This document shows positions 1-8,029 of a stretch of DNA of 55,765 nt, one piece after another. This DNA is from a virus (lineage: Duplodnaviria > Caudoviricetes). The DNA lies in the IMG/VR virus record IMGVR_UViG_3300008110_005672, positions 1 to 55,765 of that record, one strand, 5' to 3'. The notes beneath the pieces were generated by a model that had not been told where the DNA came from, did not search any database, and saw nothing but the letters and a program-made list of their open reading frames with translations. Both the position numbers and the translations under genes were made by a program. Numbering within the stretch: position 1 is the first letter of the stretch; the number at the start of each line of letters is the position of its first letter.

Positions 1-18
1 ATACTTATATAATGTTTA

Positions 19-93
19 TGGTACACCGTAGGAGAGTCGAACTCCTCTTACCGGGATGAAAACCCGGTGTCCTAACCGATAGACGAACGGTGC
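19..93 (-). tRNA. tRNA-Glu(TTC)
   Basis: Cloverleaf on minus strand; anticodon arm CCGGG-tt TTC at-CCCGG; GTTCGA T-loop; encoded CCA. Confidence 0.95.
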
Positions 94-101
94 AAATTGT
101 T

Positions 102-175
102 TGGCGTACCCCCAGGGACTCGAACCCCGACTAACGGTTTTGGAGACCGCAGTACTGCCATTATACTAGGGATAC
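102..175 (-). tRNA. tRNA-Trp(CCA)
   Basis: Anticodon arm GCGGT-ct CCA aa-ACCGT; T-loop GTTCGAG; encoded CCA. Confidence 0.95.
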
Positions 176-180
176 ATAAC

Positions 181-255
181 TGGCTCCAGAGGCAGGGATC
201 GAACCTACGACCAATTGATTAACAGTCAACTGCACTACCGCTGTGCTACTCTGGA
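181..255 (-). tRNA. tRNA-Asn(GTT)
   Basis: Anticodon arm GTTGA-ct GTT aa-TCAAT; T-loop GTTCGAT; encoded CCA. Confidence 0.95.
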
Positions 256-261
256 ATAACT

Positions 262-337
262 TGGCGCCTCGTAGGGGAGTCGAACCCCTGTATTCCGCTA
301 GACAGGCGGATATAATAGACCGTTATATGAACGAGGC
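262..337 (-). tRNA. tRNA-Asp(GTC)
   Basis: Anticodon arm TCCGC-ct GTC ta-GCGGA; T-loop GTTCGAC; encoded CCA; atypical U37. Confidence 0.92.
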
Positions 338-344
338 AAAATTG

Positions 345-539
345 TTAAGCAACGCCACGGAAGGTGACACGGCACCGTTCCTGGCCACCATATTGGGCTT
401 CTGCAATACGCACAGCATCGCCTGATGACTGAGCATTTACCACAGTTTCAAATTGTCTAAGACTCTCAGTTTGGAAAGCACCACTAGTACCTTCACCTGC
501 ATAAGAACCTACTTCAACATAAACACGATACGATTGCAT
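345..539 (-). CDS. hypothetical protein (64 aa, MQSYRVYVEV...) within tRNA array
   Basis: AAGGA SD upstream of ATG at 539; own promoter at 570-598. Confidence 0.7.
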   Translation of the reverse strand: MQSYRVYVEVGSYAGEGTSGAFQTESLRQFETVVNAQSSGDAVRIAEAQYGGQERCRVTFRGVA

Positions 540-569
540 TTGATTTCCTTTCAAGTTCACAGTATTAAT

Positions 570-598
570 AGTATAACACCGATCCAAAAAAAAGTCAA
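570..598 (-). promoter_or_regulatory. sigma70-type promoter
   Basis: TTGACT-17 bp-TATACT. Confidence 0.75.
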
Positions 599-607
599 TC
601 ATTATTT

Positions 608-696
608 TGGTGGAAGCGGTAGGATTCGAACCTACAGTGTTTCTTATGTGGCGGATTTACAGTCCGTTGCCTTCAACCAATTCAGCGCACACTTCC
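608..696 (-). tRNA. tRNA-Tyr(GTA)
   Basis: Anticodon arm CGGA-ct GTA aa-TCCG; long variable arm; encoded CCA. Confidence 0.95.
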
Positions 697-699
697 AAT

Positions 700-925
700 T
701 TGTTCACACTCTCCGCTATGCTTTTAGACACCGTTCAAAGGTGAATGGAGAATGTGTATTAAAGCATACTCAGCTTGTGGCCTTATCCCCTAAACATTCT
801 AGTTTCGGAATATGCTTTAATACGCTGTAATTTTTCACACTACAAATAGTGCTCCATCCTACAGGCCGCCCGTTCGTCTATGTTTTAAGTGCAGACTGGG
901 ACCTCGTTTCCCTTAACACTTTTGC
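700..925 (-). ncRNA. unassigned structured RNA upstream of tRNA-Tyr
   Basis: No credible ORF; stems 705-714/747-756 and a ~16 bp stem at ~756-771/808-823, with G.U pairs consistent with the minus strand. Confidence 0.45.
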
Positions 926-927
926 TA

Positions 928-1101
928 TCAGTTTACACTAAACGTCGGTGATTTAGCTAACGCTTCGCGATATATTCTAGCACGTTCAAACTTATCTTGA
1001 ATAAGTTTTTGAAGCTGTTCTTGAGTCATTTCTCCAAAAGCAGTTTCATAAGCCTGTTCAACAATTCGTTCGTTTAATTTTTCGTAATTTATATCTGTCA
1101 T
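928..1101 (-). CDS. small hypothetical protein (57 aa, MTDINYEKLNERIVEQAYE...)
   Basis: Open frame read by hand; AAGGA SD directly after the terminator U-tract. Confidence 0.7.
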   Translation of the reverse strand: MTDINYEKLNERIVEQAYETAFGEMTQEQLQKLIQDKFERARIYREALAKSPTFSVN

Positions 1102-1115
1102 TTTTTTCCTTTTGT

Positions 1116-1150
1116 AAAAACAAAAACCCCAGGGTGTTTAGTCCTGGGGT
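1116..1150 (-). terminator. intrinsic terminator of putative attenuator
   Basis: ACCCCAGG-9 nt loop-CCTGGGGT followed by TTTTGTTTTT. Confidence 0.85.
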
Positions 1151-1205
1151 CCTTTGAAGTTTATGTGTGTTTTTTTGTTTACACGAACATCTCCACGGAC
1201 CCCGG
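1143..1205 (-). promoter_or_regulatory. putative antiterminator hairpin
   Basis: GGGGUCC/GGACCCC + UGGAG/CUUCA + AUGU-GUGU/ACAC-ACAU; sequesters the 5' arm of the terminator; leader stop codon at the apex. Confidence 0.7.
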
Positions 1206-1322
1206 CTCTAGCTCTGGTGTGCGATCATATGATAGACCATTAATCACGGACCAGCAAGAGGCTATAAAGCCTACCTGTTTTGGCATAGGATTAAAATGAC
1301 TATGTAATGACGCTAATTTCAT
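1179..1322 (-). CDS. putative attenuator leader peptide (47 aa) containing all 20 amino acids
   Basis: MKLASLHSHFNPMPKQVGFIASCWSVINGLSYDRTPELEPGSVEMFV*; AAGGA SD; lies between promoter and terminator. Confidence 0.7.
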   Translation of the reverse strand: MKLASLHSHFNPMPKQVGFIASCWSVINGLSYDRTPELEPGSVEMFV

Positions 1323-1369
1323 TTGTTTTATTTTCCTTTTATAGACAACACCTTGCTGTCTATGTTTTA

Positions 1370-1398
1370 ATTATACAGTTATTTAGTTGTCTTGTCAA
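1370..1398 (-). promoter_or_regulatory. consensus sigma70 promoter (with TAAATA in spacer)
   Basis: TTGACA-17 bp-TATAAT; 10-bp hairpin at 1341-1363 at the predicted transcript 5' end. Confidence 0.9.
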
Positions 1399-1456
1399 CT
1401 TCTATTTGTCGTTTTGGCAAAATAAATTTTTGACCTTTTCCTAACCAACTGTGTGT

Positions 1457-1485
1457 ATTGTATTGTCTTTTTATTTATGTGTCAA
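1457..1485 (-). promoter_or_regulatory. second tandem sigma70 promoter
   Basis: TTGACA-17 bp-TACAAT. Confidence 0.75.
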
Positions 1486-1541
1486 CAGAAATATGATCGT
1501 ATTATGTGGCTTTTTTACCACAGTTTAGATTAAATAGTTAT

Positions 1542-2096
1542 ATGAACTTATTTCATTATAATTTAAACATACCAGAAATTTTTCTTCCTTACAAGTTTGT
1601 AGATGACAACAAGTTTCAAGAAATTATTTTAAATCACGAGTTCATCAATCCAAAGTTTCACAAATGGTTGGAAAGTTTTGATTTAAAAATTCTGTCATGG
1701 GGTACTAGATTTTTTTCTAGTCCTCCGTACATGAAATACAACTTACATGTTGATTGGAAAGACGGACCAGTAACTAAAATTAACATTGTCTTTAATAGCA
1801 CAGACACTGTAATGAATTGGTATAAATTATTACCGGGCAAGAGTCCAATAGTTTATCGAAATCAATTAGGTCAGCCAGTCAACGGATACAACATTGACGA
1901 TTGTCAAAAAGTTTACACAGTTCAAACTAATACTCATTGTTTAATTAACGGCAACGAAATTCATGATCTCATTAACGGCTCAAACAACGGAAAAAATAGG
2001 CACTGTTATTCTATGGTTTTAGGTTATAAAAAAACTAATGAAAGACTTCCGTGGAATCAATCGGTAGAAATTTTTCGTGATTATTTAATTCTTTAA
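1542..2096 (+). CDS. putative 2OG-Fe(II) oxygenase-like protein
   Basis: HxD (LHVD)...H (IHDL)...R (RHCYS) pattern; TAAATA just upstream of the ATG at 1542. Confidence 0.5.
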   Translation: MNLFHYNLNIPEIFLPYKFVDDNKFQEIILNHEFINPKFHKWLESFDLKILSWGTRFFSSPPYMKYNLHVDWKDGPVTKINIVFNSTDTVMNWYKLLPGKSPIVYRNQLGQPVNGYNIDDCQKVYTVQTNTHCLINGNEIHDLINGSNNGKNRHCYSMVLGYKKTNERLPWNQSVEIFRDYLIL

Positions 2097-2714
2097 CTAG
2101 ATTATTCCCGGATCTATCTTTTCAAGTTGATCAAACGCCCACTGACGTTCATTGCAACCGTTACAGGTTTTGCATCGAGTGATTTCCCAGGCTGCACAAC
2201 TATGAGTAATATAAAATAAACCTTCTTGCTGATGCTGCACACACAGATCAATAATATGACTCTTGTTAAGTTTTTTAAATGGTGCTTTAAATCGAGATGA
2301 TTCTTGATAAGGAATAGGAGTCCAATCTACCATGTGCATTGGTAACTGTTCTATCAATCCTGTGTAAGCAATATCTATGCCTTTATCAAATGCTTCATGA
2401 ACACCAGATTTAACCTGTTCAATTTCTGGAAGCGAAGGATCACCTACTATAGTAGTCTCAACGTAGTGCAAATTAAAATGCCAAATCATATGTGCTACCA
2501 CAAGTTTGGCAAAATGTTTAGATCCTTCTTTTCTAAGCACAGTGAGCGGAACAATCTTATGTATATTGCCCATTTTTTGATTCTCTAGTAACATCATATA
2601 ATAGAGAATAGCACTGTCAATACCACCACTGACAAAAATTCCAAGAGTCTTTGGTTCAGCAGGCAGTTCTACTCTCACAGATCGCCTATCGTATGCTGGG
2701 CCGCATTCAATCAA
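2097..2714 (-). CDS. QueC-like PP-loop ATPase
   Basis: SGGIDS PP-loop; C-terminal HSC...CxxCxxC zinc motif. Confidence 0.7.
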   Translation of the reverse strand: MIECGPAYDRRSVRVELPAEPKTLGIFVSGGIDSAILYYMMLLENQKMGNIHKIVPLTVLRKEGSKHFAKLVVAHMIWHFNLHYVETTIVGDPSLPEIEQVKSGVHEAFDKGIDIAYTGLIEQLPMHMVDWTPIPYQESSRFKAPFKKLNKSHIIDLCVQHQQEGLFYITHSCAAWEITRCKTCNGCNERQWAFDQLEKIDPGII

Positions 2715-2961
2715 ATGTTGTTTCTCCGCTAATTAGAATGTGCTTGCCAATTTCGAATAGGCCAATACTGCCAGGCAGGTCCATTGCTGCCACGTGTATT
2801 TGGCACTCTCCGTCATTGCCAATTGAGCAGGCTACAAATTCTTTAATGCTGCCATTTTCAACTGAATCTTTTATAAAATCAATAACTTCAAGCATGGCCT
2901 TCTTTTGTTCTTCTTCTTGAATTTGTTCTTTGCGTCTAGAATTAATACTTACAATTTCCAT
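2707..2961 (-). CDS. hypothetical protein
   Basis: ORF in tight operon context. Confidence 0.7.
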   Translation of the reverse strand: MEIVSINSRRKEQIQEEEQKKAMLEVIDFIKDSVENGSIKEFVACSIGNDGECQIHVAAMDLPGSIGLFEIGKHILISGETTFD

Positions 2962-2969
2962 AATTGACC

Positions 2970-3530
2970 TTAAAGTAAATGATCAGCAACTCCTAACTCA
3001 ATCAGCTCGTCGGCTGTGAGATAAACATCGCTAGCTGGTAATAATTTTTTCTTGATTACACTCGGAGCCATACCTGTAGCTTCTTTAAGAATGTCAACCA
3101 TTTTTTGATTGCAAAGATCGTTCTCACGCATCGTGGCTTTAAGATCATGATACTTGGCATCCATGTTTTCTGTAAACTGATGACACATGAAGCTGGCATT
3201 CCTAGAAGCATATCTTTCACCTGGTGAGCCTGCGGCAAAAATTAGAAAGGCTGCACTCATGGCGGTACCAATACTGATAGTTCTAACAGGATGATGACTG
3301 GTGCGCATTACATCGATTAAAGCAAATGCATCGTATAAATTTCCACCCGTAGAATTTATATACAAGGTTAAAACTTTGGATTTTGCAGTGTCAAAATTTT
3401 CATAAACAATCCATTTAACACACTCTGCGATATTTTCTTCGGCAATTTCACCCACCAGAAAATGAACCGAATTTTCCAGTAATTTTATGCCAATCCGATC
3501 GCTGGCGTTAAACTCGTCTATCTTTTTCAC
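2970..3530 (-). CDS. clpP: ClpP-like ATP-dependent protease proteolytic subunit
   Basis: YINSTGG, GxAMSAA catalytic Ser, MCHQ His, C-terminal YLTADE..GVAD; start uncertain. Confidence 0.85.
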   Translation of the reverse strand: MKKIDEFNASDRIGIKLLENSVHFLVGEIAEENIAECVKWIVYENFDTAKSKVLTLYINSTGGNLYDAFALIDVMRTSHHPVRTISIGTAMSAAFLIFAAGSPGERYASRNASFMCHQFTENMDAKYHDLKATMRENDLCNQKMVDILKEATGMAPSVIKKKLLPASDVYLTADELIELGVADHLL

Positions 3531-3607
3531 TACTGCTCCTTGGACACTATTACTTATCACATTAATAATTATACTATCAGTTAATGGTAAAAGAACTTAG
3601 ACAAACG

Positions 3608-3826
3608 TTATTGTTTATAATCAATGTCAAGGGTCTTTCTTAAGTGATTAATATATGCATATGCAAAAACTGGATCTTCGTTTCCTACGCTAGCATATGT
3701 GATTTCTTTGCAACATTCCCGCACAATCAACTCGGCGAACTTTTCTAAAGGTATAAATGTATCATCTGGTAATTCATCTAATTTTAGATTGGCCTGTTCA
3801 GCAAGTTCTTTAATTCTTTTGTTCAT
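3608..3826 (-). CDS. hypothetical phage protein (MNKRIKELAEQA...EKFAELIVREC)
   Basis: ORF with SD; resembles a common small phage family. Confidence 0.75.
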   Translation of the reverse strand: MNKRIKELAEQANLKLDELPDDTFIPLEKFAELIVRECCKEITYASVGNEDPVFAYAYINHLRKTLDIDYKQ

Positions 3827-3853
3827 AACTTTTTCCTTCTAATAATTATACTA

Positions 3854-4234
3854 TCAGTTAATAGCAACTGCACCTACAGTCCAGCCGATAATAGCAATAT
3901 AGGTAAGATAGTGTAGGGCCTGATCTAGCCCAAACCAAGTCCAAAATTTTCGATCTGCAGGGGTCAATCCTTTATTCAACTGTTGTTTTGCCCAATCCAC
4001 ATGATAGTGTACAGCCATATCAAATAGTGCGGCAAAAACTGCCATTGACCCTAAAATTGGCATGAGTATTAGCCATGTAAAAATAGCGTGGAACAGAGCA
4101 TGATCTACGCCGCCGCGGGCACCGTAGATGCCCTTCTGCTCTAGCATATAGGGAAATTGCAGTAGAAAATCACATACAAAATGCTTGATGCCGAAGAGAG
4201 CCAACAGCAGTATGATCAGCTGTATTTCAGTCAT
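3854..4234 (-). CDS. DUF3307-like membrane protein
   Basis: KHFVCDF.LQ, H..FH, HYHVDW.K, DQALH motifs. Confidence 0.75.
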   Translation of the reverse strand: MTEIQLIILLLALFGIKHFVCDFLLQFPYMLEQKGIYGARGGVDHALFHAIFTWLILMPILGSMAVFAALFDMAVHYHVDWAKQQLNKGLTPADRKFWTWFGLDQALHYLTYIAIIGWTVGAVAIN

Positions 4235-4416
4235 ACAAAATCTTTAAACATTTGTTTACGACCATCTTTGCCGATATGAAGATCAAAAATATCCTTAACT
4301 GTGGTCAACATGGCGCAGGCCAACATCAGCTGATCATGCCTATCGTCACACATCATGATCTGGCGATCAATTGGTTCCATCAGTTCTATCATTCTTTCTT
4401 TTACAGGTTTATTCAT
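4231..4416 (-). CDS. hypothetical protein
   Basis: Overlap-coupled ORF. Confidence 0.7.
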   Translation of the reverse strand: MNKPVKERMIELMEPIDRQIMMCDDRHDQLMLACAMLTTVKDIFDLHIGKDGRKQMFKDFV

Positions 4417-4870
4417 GTTTTTCCTTGGTAAGTTCGCACATCAATTGAAAGTGATCATAGGCTTTTCGAACGCTGGCGTGCTTCATTAATTTATCTGCTT
4501 CTTCCTGCATGGCCTTGACACCGGCTTCCGCATGATCTCTATAACTACCATAGGTCAACGGACACAATTCATCACCGAACTCTTTGGCCAACTTTTCCCA
4601 GGCTTTCTTTTGTCCGGGAGTAATCGGAGTTCGCTGTGGCTTCATCTCGCTGGCTTTGGATATGGCTCGACAGATGGCATCTTCAGCCACACGGCCTGCC
4701 GCAATCATGGCAGCATAGTTAGGATCAATATTAAAACAGCGAGACTGCCCTCCGGGGTAAGACATAACCAAGTGAGTACCTTTTGTAAAGCTATCCAACA
4801 GGTCATTATCATACTCTGCCACAGGGACATAACGTCTTCCAAGTTTTTCATAATAGATCTTTTTAGTCAT
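4409..4870 (-). CDS. hypothetical phage protein
   Basis: ORF in operon. Confidence 0.75.
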   Translation of the reverse strand: MTKKIYYEKLGRRYVPVAEYDNDLLDSFTKGTHLVMSYPGGQSRCFNIDPNYAAMIAAGRVAEDAICRAISKASEMKPQRTPITPGQKKAWEKLAKEFGDELCPLTYGSYRDHAEAGVKAMQEEADKLMKHASVRKAYDHFQLMCELTKEKHE

Positions 4871-4876
4871 GCTGTA

Positions 4877-5098
4877 TTAGACGAAATCGTATGAACGTTC
4901 AAAGATAGGACCATCACAAATATACAGCTCGCCATCGATGCCACGCATTAGGTAGTCACCGGGCTTGCCCTGTTTGTAATTGCCTTCCAATGTGTTGACA
5001 CGGAATTCCTCATCAATTTTTTTAGCATGAACAACAATAGGACGCTTAACACAGGCACCCATGTCCGCTACTTGTTCAAATGTATCAAATGTTTTCAT
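4877..5098 (-). CDS. PGDYG-like small phage protein
   Basis: TLEG...PGDYL..G.DGE.Y motif. Confidence 0.7.
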   Translation of the reverse strand: MKTFDTFEQVADMGACVKRPIVVHAKKIDEEFRVNTLEGNYKQGKPGDYLMRGIDGELYICDGPIFERSYDFV

Positions 5099-5100
5099 AA

Positions 5101-5268
5101 TTAATGTACCGCCTCTTTTGCATCTACTTCACATTCCACAACCCAATTATTGAATTGTGTAAATTTATTAACTTCGACTCCTAGGCCAACTGCTTCATTT
5201 ACAAAATGTTGTAAGAGTGCGTTGTAAAGTTCGTCGGGCATGGTATCTTTATCAAATCGAATCTTCAT
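5101..5268 (-). CDS. hypothetical protein
   Basis: GGAAG SD before ATG at 5268. Confidence 0.65.
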   Translation of the reverse strand: MKIRFDKDTMPDELYNALLQHFVNEAVGLGVEVNKFTQFNNWVVECEVDAKEAVH

Positions 5269-5536
5269 ATTTCTTCCAAGAGTTAGTGTCTGTGTCCCAA
5301 TGTCTACGATCATACAAATTGAAATGTATATTATAGCCTAACAGGCCCAATGACAATTCGCATCCTGCATGATCTTGTCTAATAGTAAAGTTAAATTCAA
5401 ACTCAACTATACCGCCTGAAAGATACTGTTCTATCTCCCAGCATTTATTTTCAGTAAGCTGTCCGTTGATGTTGCCAAGATAATAGAATCTTGATCGTCG
5501 CAACGGATTGTCTATACTAAAATTTAAGTGTATCAT
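5252..5536 (-). CDS. hypothetical protein
   Basis: ORF in operon. Confidence 0.7.
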   Translation of the reverse strand: MIHLNFSIDNPLRRSRFYYLGNINGQLTENKCWEIEQYLSGGIVEFEFNFTIRQDHAGCELSLGLLGYNIHFNLYDRRHWDTDTNSWKKYEDSI

Positions 5537-5718
5537 TCTGGTAGTGGAGTAAATCTAGAAAGAAAACTTTCTTGATAACAACTGTATTCTCGATTTTCGT
5601 TTTCTTGCAAACTATCGTTGATATAATGAATCCACGTATGTCCTTCTATTTGTACAATCTGTATGACTCTAAATATCTTGCCTTTGCCGTCGTCCCACTT
5701 GCTACCTTGTTTAATCAT
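5533..5718 (-). CDS. hypothetical protein
   Basis: ATGA overlap with the next gene. Confidence 0.7.
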   Translation of the reverse strand: MIKQGSKWDDGKGKIFRVIQIVQIEGHTWIHYINDSLQENENREYSCYQESFLSRFTPLPE

Positions 5719-5719
5719 A

Positions 5720-6127
5720 TTAAGTTCCTTTCCAATTTTCTTTTACATCTTCTGGCACCTGTACTGTCATATGTAGCATGAATCTATAGGCTTCCCATGC
5801 TGTTTTGGCTGAATGATTATTGGCCATATTGGTAGGAAACATGTCTGCCCATACAGCACCTTCGGGTATGCGGAATGCTCGAATTTCTTGTAGACGAGGT
5901 TGGAATACCTTGCCTTCTTTGAATAATCGCAGGCCTATGTCAATACACGTTTCTTCGTCTAGACCTTCTAGATAATCACGACGATAAAGATAATCTTGAA
6001 TACAGAATCTAACTGCTTCTTCATCGCGAAGTGCAGTACCCGAAATGATCCAAGCAACATCGTCGTAGCTAACTTCATCATTGACAATGTCGCGTATGCA
6101 GCGACCAAAACTGAAACCTATTTTCAT
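5720..6127 (-). CDS. hypothetical phage protein (MKIGFSFGRCIRDI...)
   Basis: ATGA overlap with the upstream gene defines the start. Confidence 0.75.
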   Translation of the reverse strand: MKIGFSFGRCIRDIVNDEVSYDDVAWIISGTALRDEEAVRFCIQDYLYRRDYLEGLDEETCIDIGLRLFKEGKVFQPRLQEIRAFRIPEGAVWADMFPTNMANNHSAKTAWEAYRFMLHMTVQVPEDVKENWKGT

Positions 6128-6351
6128 TTTTGTGTTCTCTGGAGTTCTTGAAGAAGTTCGTTCATCATTTTGAATTGCGATTGTATCTGTTTCTTCAATT
6201 CTTCGGGACTCTGAGTGGGCAAACACTCTGCTGAATACTGTGCTGATTTTGACATCATTGCACGTTGTTGCAGGCAAGCAGTGAGATCGTTGTAAGACAC
6301 TAAAGGTGTGATAGCACCTAGATTAGTAATTAGTACCAATTGATAAAGCAT
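6124..6351 (-). CDS. hypothetical protein
   Basis: GGAG SD; first gene after promoter. Confidence 0.7.
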   Translation of the reverse strand: MLYQLVLITNLGAITPLVSYNDLTACLQQRAMMSKSAQYSAECLPTQSPEELKKQIQSQFKMMNELLQELQRTQK

Positions 6352-6379
6352 TTCGACTCCTAGTAGTAGATGATATAAT

Positions 6380-6408
6380 ATTATAGCATTTATTGGTAAT
6401 TAAGTCAA
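6380..6408 (-). promoter_or_regulatory. sigma70 promoter
   Basis: TTGACT-17 bp-TATAAT with extended -10 TG. Confidence 0.8.
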
Positions 6409-6662
6409 GCCCACTTCATTGCAAACATAGTTGCATCCTGTTCGTTTTGAAAATACCAAGCACGACCGTTTGGATCGCTGAGATCGCGGAATTTATTTTG
6501 GCAATTTTCCAAACACCATGTGAGTTTTTCGGCAAAGTCATCATCCCGCAACACTATGGCATGATAGGTACCTAATAGTGTCATTAGCTTGTTATCTACC
6601 TTGAGATGTTCTTCTGCCCGTTGAGCCCTCATAATAGTTGGAGTTGGGTCCGGATCTACCAT
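6405..6662 (-). CDS. small paralogous-family protein (C-term F.nE.DA..F.lkW)
   Basis: WCLENC...WYFQNEQDATMFAMKWA. Confidence 0.75.
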   Translation of the reverse strand: MVDPDPTPTIMRAQRAEEHLKVDNKLMTLLGTYHAIVLRDDDFAEKLTWCLENCQNKFRDLSDPNGRAWYFQNEQDATMFAMKWA

Positions 6663-7015
6663 TTACCGTTCCTTAACAACCATTCTGTTAGTCTAGCACC
6701 CTGCAGCCTGGCTCGGACCTGGTACTTGTAACCACGATCAAAATGATCTACCATTCTATGCCAGCTAGGAGTTTCAACTGCATGTTCCATTATCCATTTG
6801 CCTTGTTCGCTCTGCTGCCAGTCCCAAAGCGGTTGGGCAGCATATAGGTCTGGGTCTTCTACATCTCCCATTGTAAATGTATATACTACGATTTCTTTGG
6901 TTTCTTCTACTCGATCGTCGATTATCATATATCTATATGTATCTAGTCTAGGTCCGCGACCTATATAACCTCGAGCGGGCTCAAATTGATAGCCTTTGAT
7001 TTTTGTTATTGCCAT
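6656..7015 (-). CDS. hypothetical protein (GDVEDPDLYAA motif)
   Basis: Overlap-coupled ORF. Confidence 0.75.
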   Translation of the reverse strand: MAITKIKGYQFEPARGYIGRGPRLDTYRYMIIDDRVEETKEIVVYTFTMGDVEDPDLYAAQPLWDWQQSEQGKWIMEHAVETPSWHRMVDHFDRGYKYQVRARLQGARLTEWLLRNGKW

Positions 7016-7266
7016 CTTAGGGTAAAATTTACAGCATCTATTTCAGATTCAAAGATAAAATCTGCACCTCTTCGTTCAAAGGCATGATTACAGTGTTCTG
7101 CAAGCCAATGTGTGATATCAACAGCATGATTATTATCTGTAAATCTATCCAACATGACTCTGCGCCAACCCAACGATTTGAGCATGCCCCACATGACTTC
7201 TCGATCTATTTCACTCTGCATCTTTGTGCCGAGTTCATCTAAGATTTCTTTTTCTAAATTTTTCAT
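7006..7266 (-). CDS. small paralogous-family protein
   Basis: WLAEHC...FIFESEIDAVNFTLRWQ. Confidence 0.75.
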   Translation of the reverse strand: MKNLEKEILDELGTKMQSEIDREVMWGMLKSLGWRRVMLDRFTDNNHAVDITHWLAEHCNHAFERRGADFIFESEIDAVNFTLRWQ

Positions 7267-7508
7267 ACGTTACCTCTGCCCCCAAATTTCAGCATGAACA
7301 TCACAGCATCACGTTCATCTGTAAACTGAAAATACAAGGCATGATAGTGCTCTTCACGCCATAGTTCTTTACAGTTGTTTATACACCAATCTGCCATTTC
7401 TGTAATTTGAGAAAGTTGTATTTGATCAAAGTTTACTCTGTAGGGAAACACAGCTCTAGCCCTAGTGCTGAGAACTTCATTGATTGTACCTACTCTAGTC
7501 TTGGCCAT
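7263..7508 (-). CDS. small paralogous-family protein
   Basis: WCINNC...FQFTDERDAVMFMLKFG. Confidence 0.75.
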   Translation of the reverse strand: MAKTRVGTINEVLSTRARAVFPYRVNFDQIQLSQITEMADWCINNCKELWREEHYHALYFQFTDERDAVMFMLKFGGRGNV

Positions 7509-7806
7509 TACCATATTTTAACAAGAACATTGTGCGTTTTTGATCATCATAAAAATCCAATCGAACGGTATGCTGTGATTTTTTGCCTTCGTACCATCCT
7601 AGCTCTACCACCGGCCACCATTCGCCTCCTTGTGGAGGCCTCACATAGTCAGTATCATTTACGTATTCTCTATGATCACGTAGCGTAAAACCTAAGACAT
7701 CTTTCATCTTTGTTCGTGAAAGATACACAGAGGGTTTTTCACGCTGTTTAATACGCTCAAGCACACCTGCCCATTGACCGGGAGTCATCACAATTGGTTT
7801 ACTCAT
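7495..7806 (-). CDS. small paralogous-family protein
   Basis: LDFYDDQKRTMFLLKYG. Confidence 0.7.
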   Translation of the reverse strand: MSKPIVMTPGQWAGVLERIKQREKPSVYLSRTKMKDVLGFTLRDHREYVNDTDYVRPPQGGEWWPVVELGWYEGKKSQHTVRLDFYDDQKRTMFLLKYGNGQD

Positions 7807-8029
7807 TTAACCACTTTTGTATAATGGTGTTAGCTTCTTTCGAGTCTTTGGTATTCCAAAGCCTATATTCCTCGTTCGCCCCGTGATCACCGCCATCGAG
7901 ATAGATTTTACCAATCTCTGGAAAATAATTCAAGAACGCCTGTCCAAGTCGATAGTCAGGATTACGCATGTATTCCATAATCCAATGCTGTTCAAATTCC
8001 TTGTACTGTTCTTTTGAAATCACATCCAC
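7799..8029 (-). CDS. hypothetical protein
   Basis: YRLGQAF.N motif; overlap-coupled. Confidence 0.7.
   Translation of the reverse strand: MDVISKEQYKEFEQHWIMEYMRNPDYRLGQAFLNYFPEIGKIYLDGGDHGANEEYRLWNTKDSKEANTIIQKWLNE

Noticed and set aside
243-830. Plus-strand ORFs 243-425 and 453-830
   Set aside because: Antisense to tRNA genes, no SD; shadow ORFs
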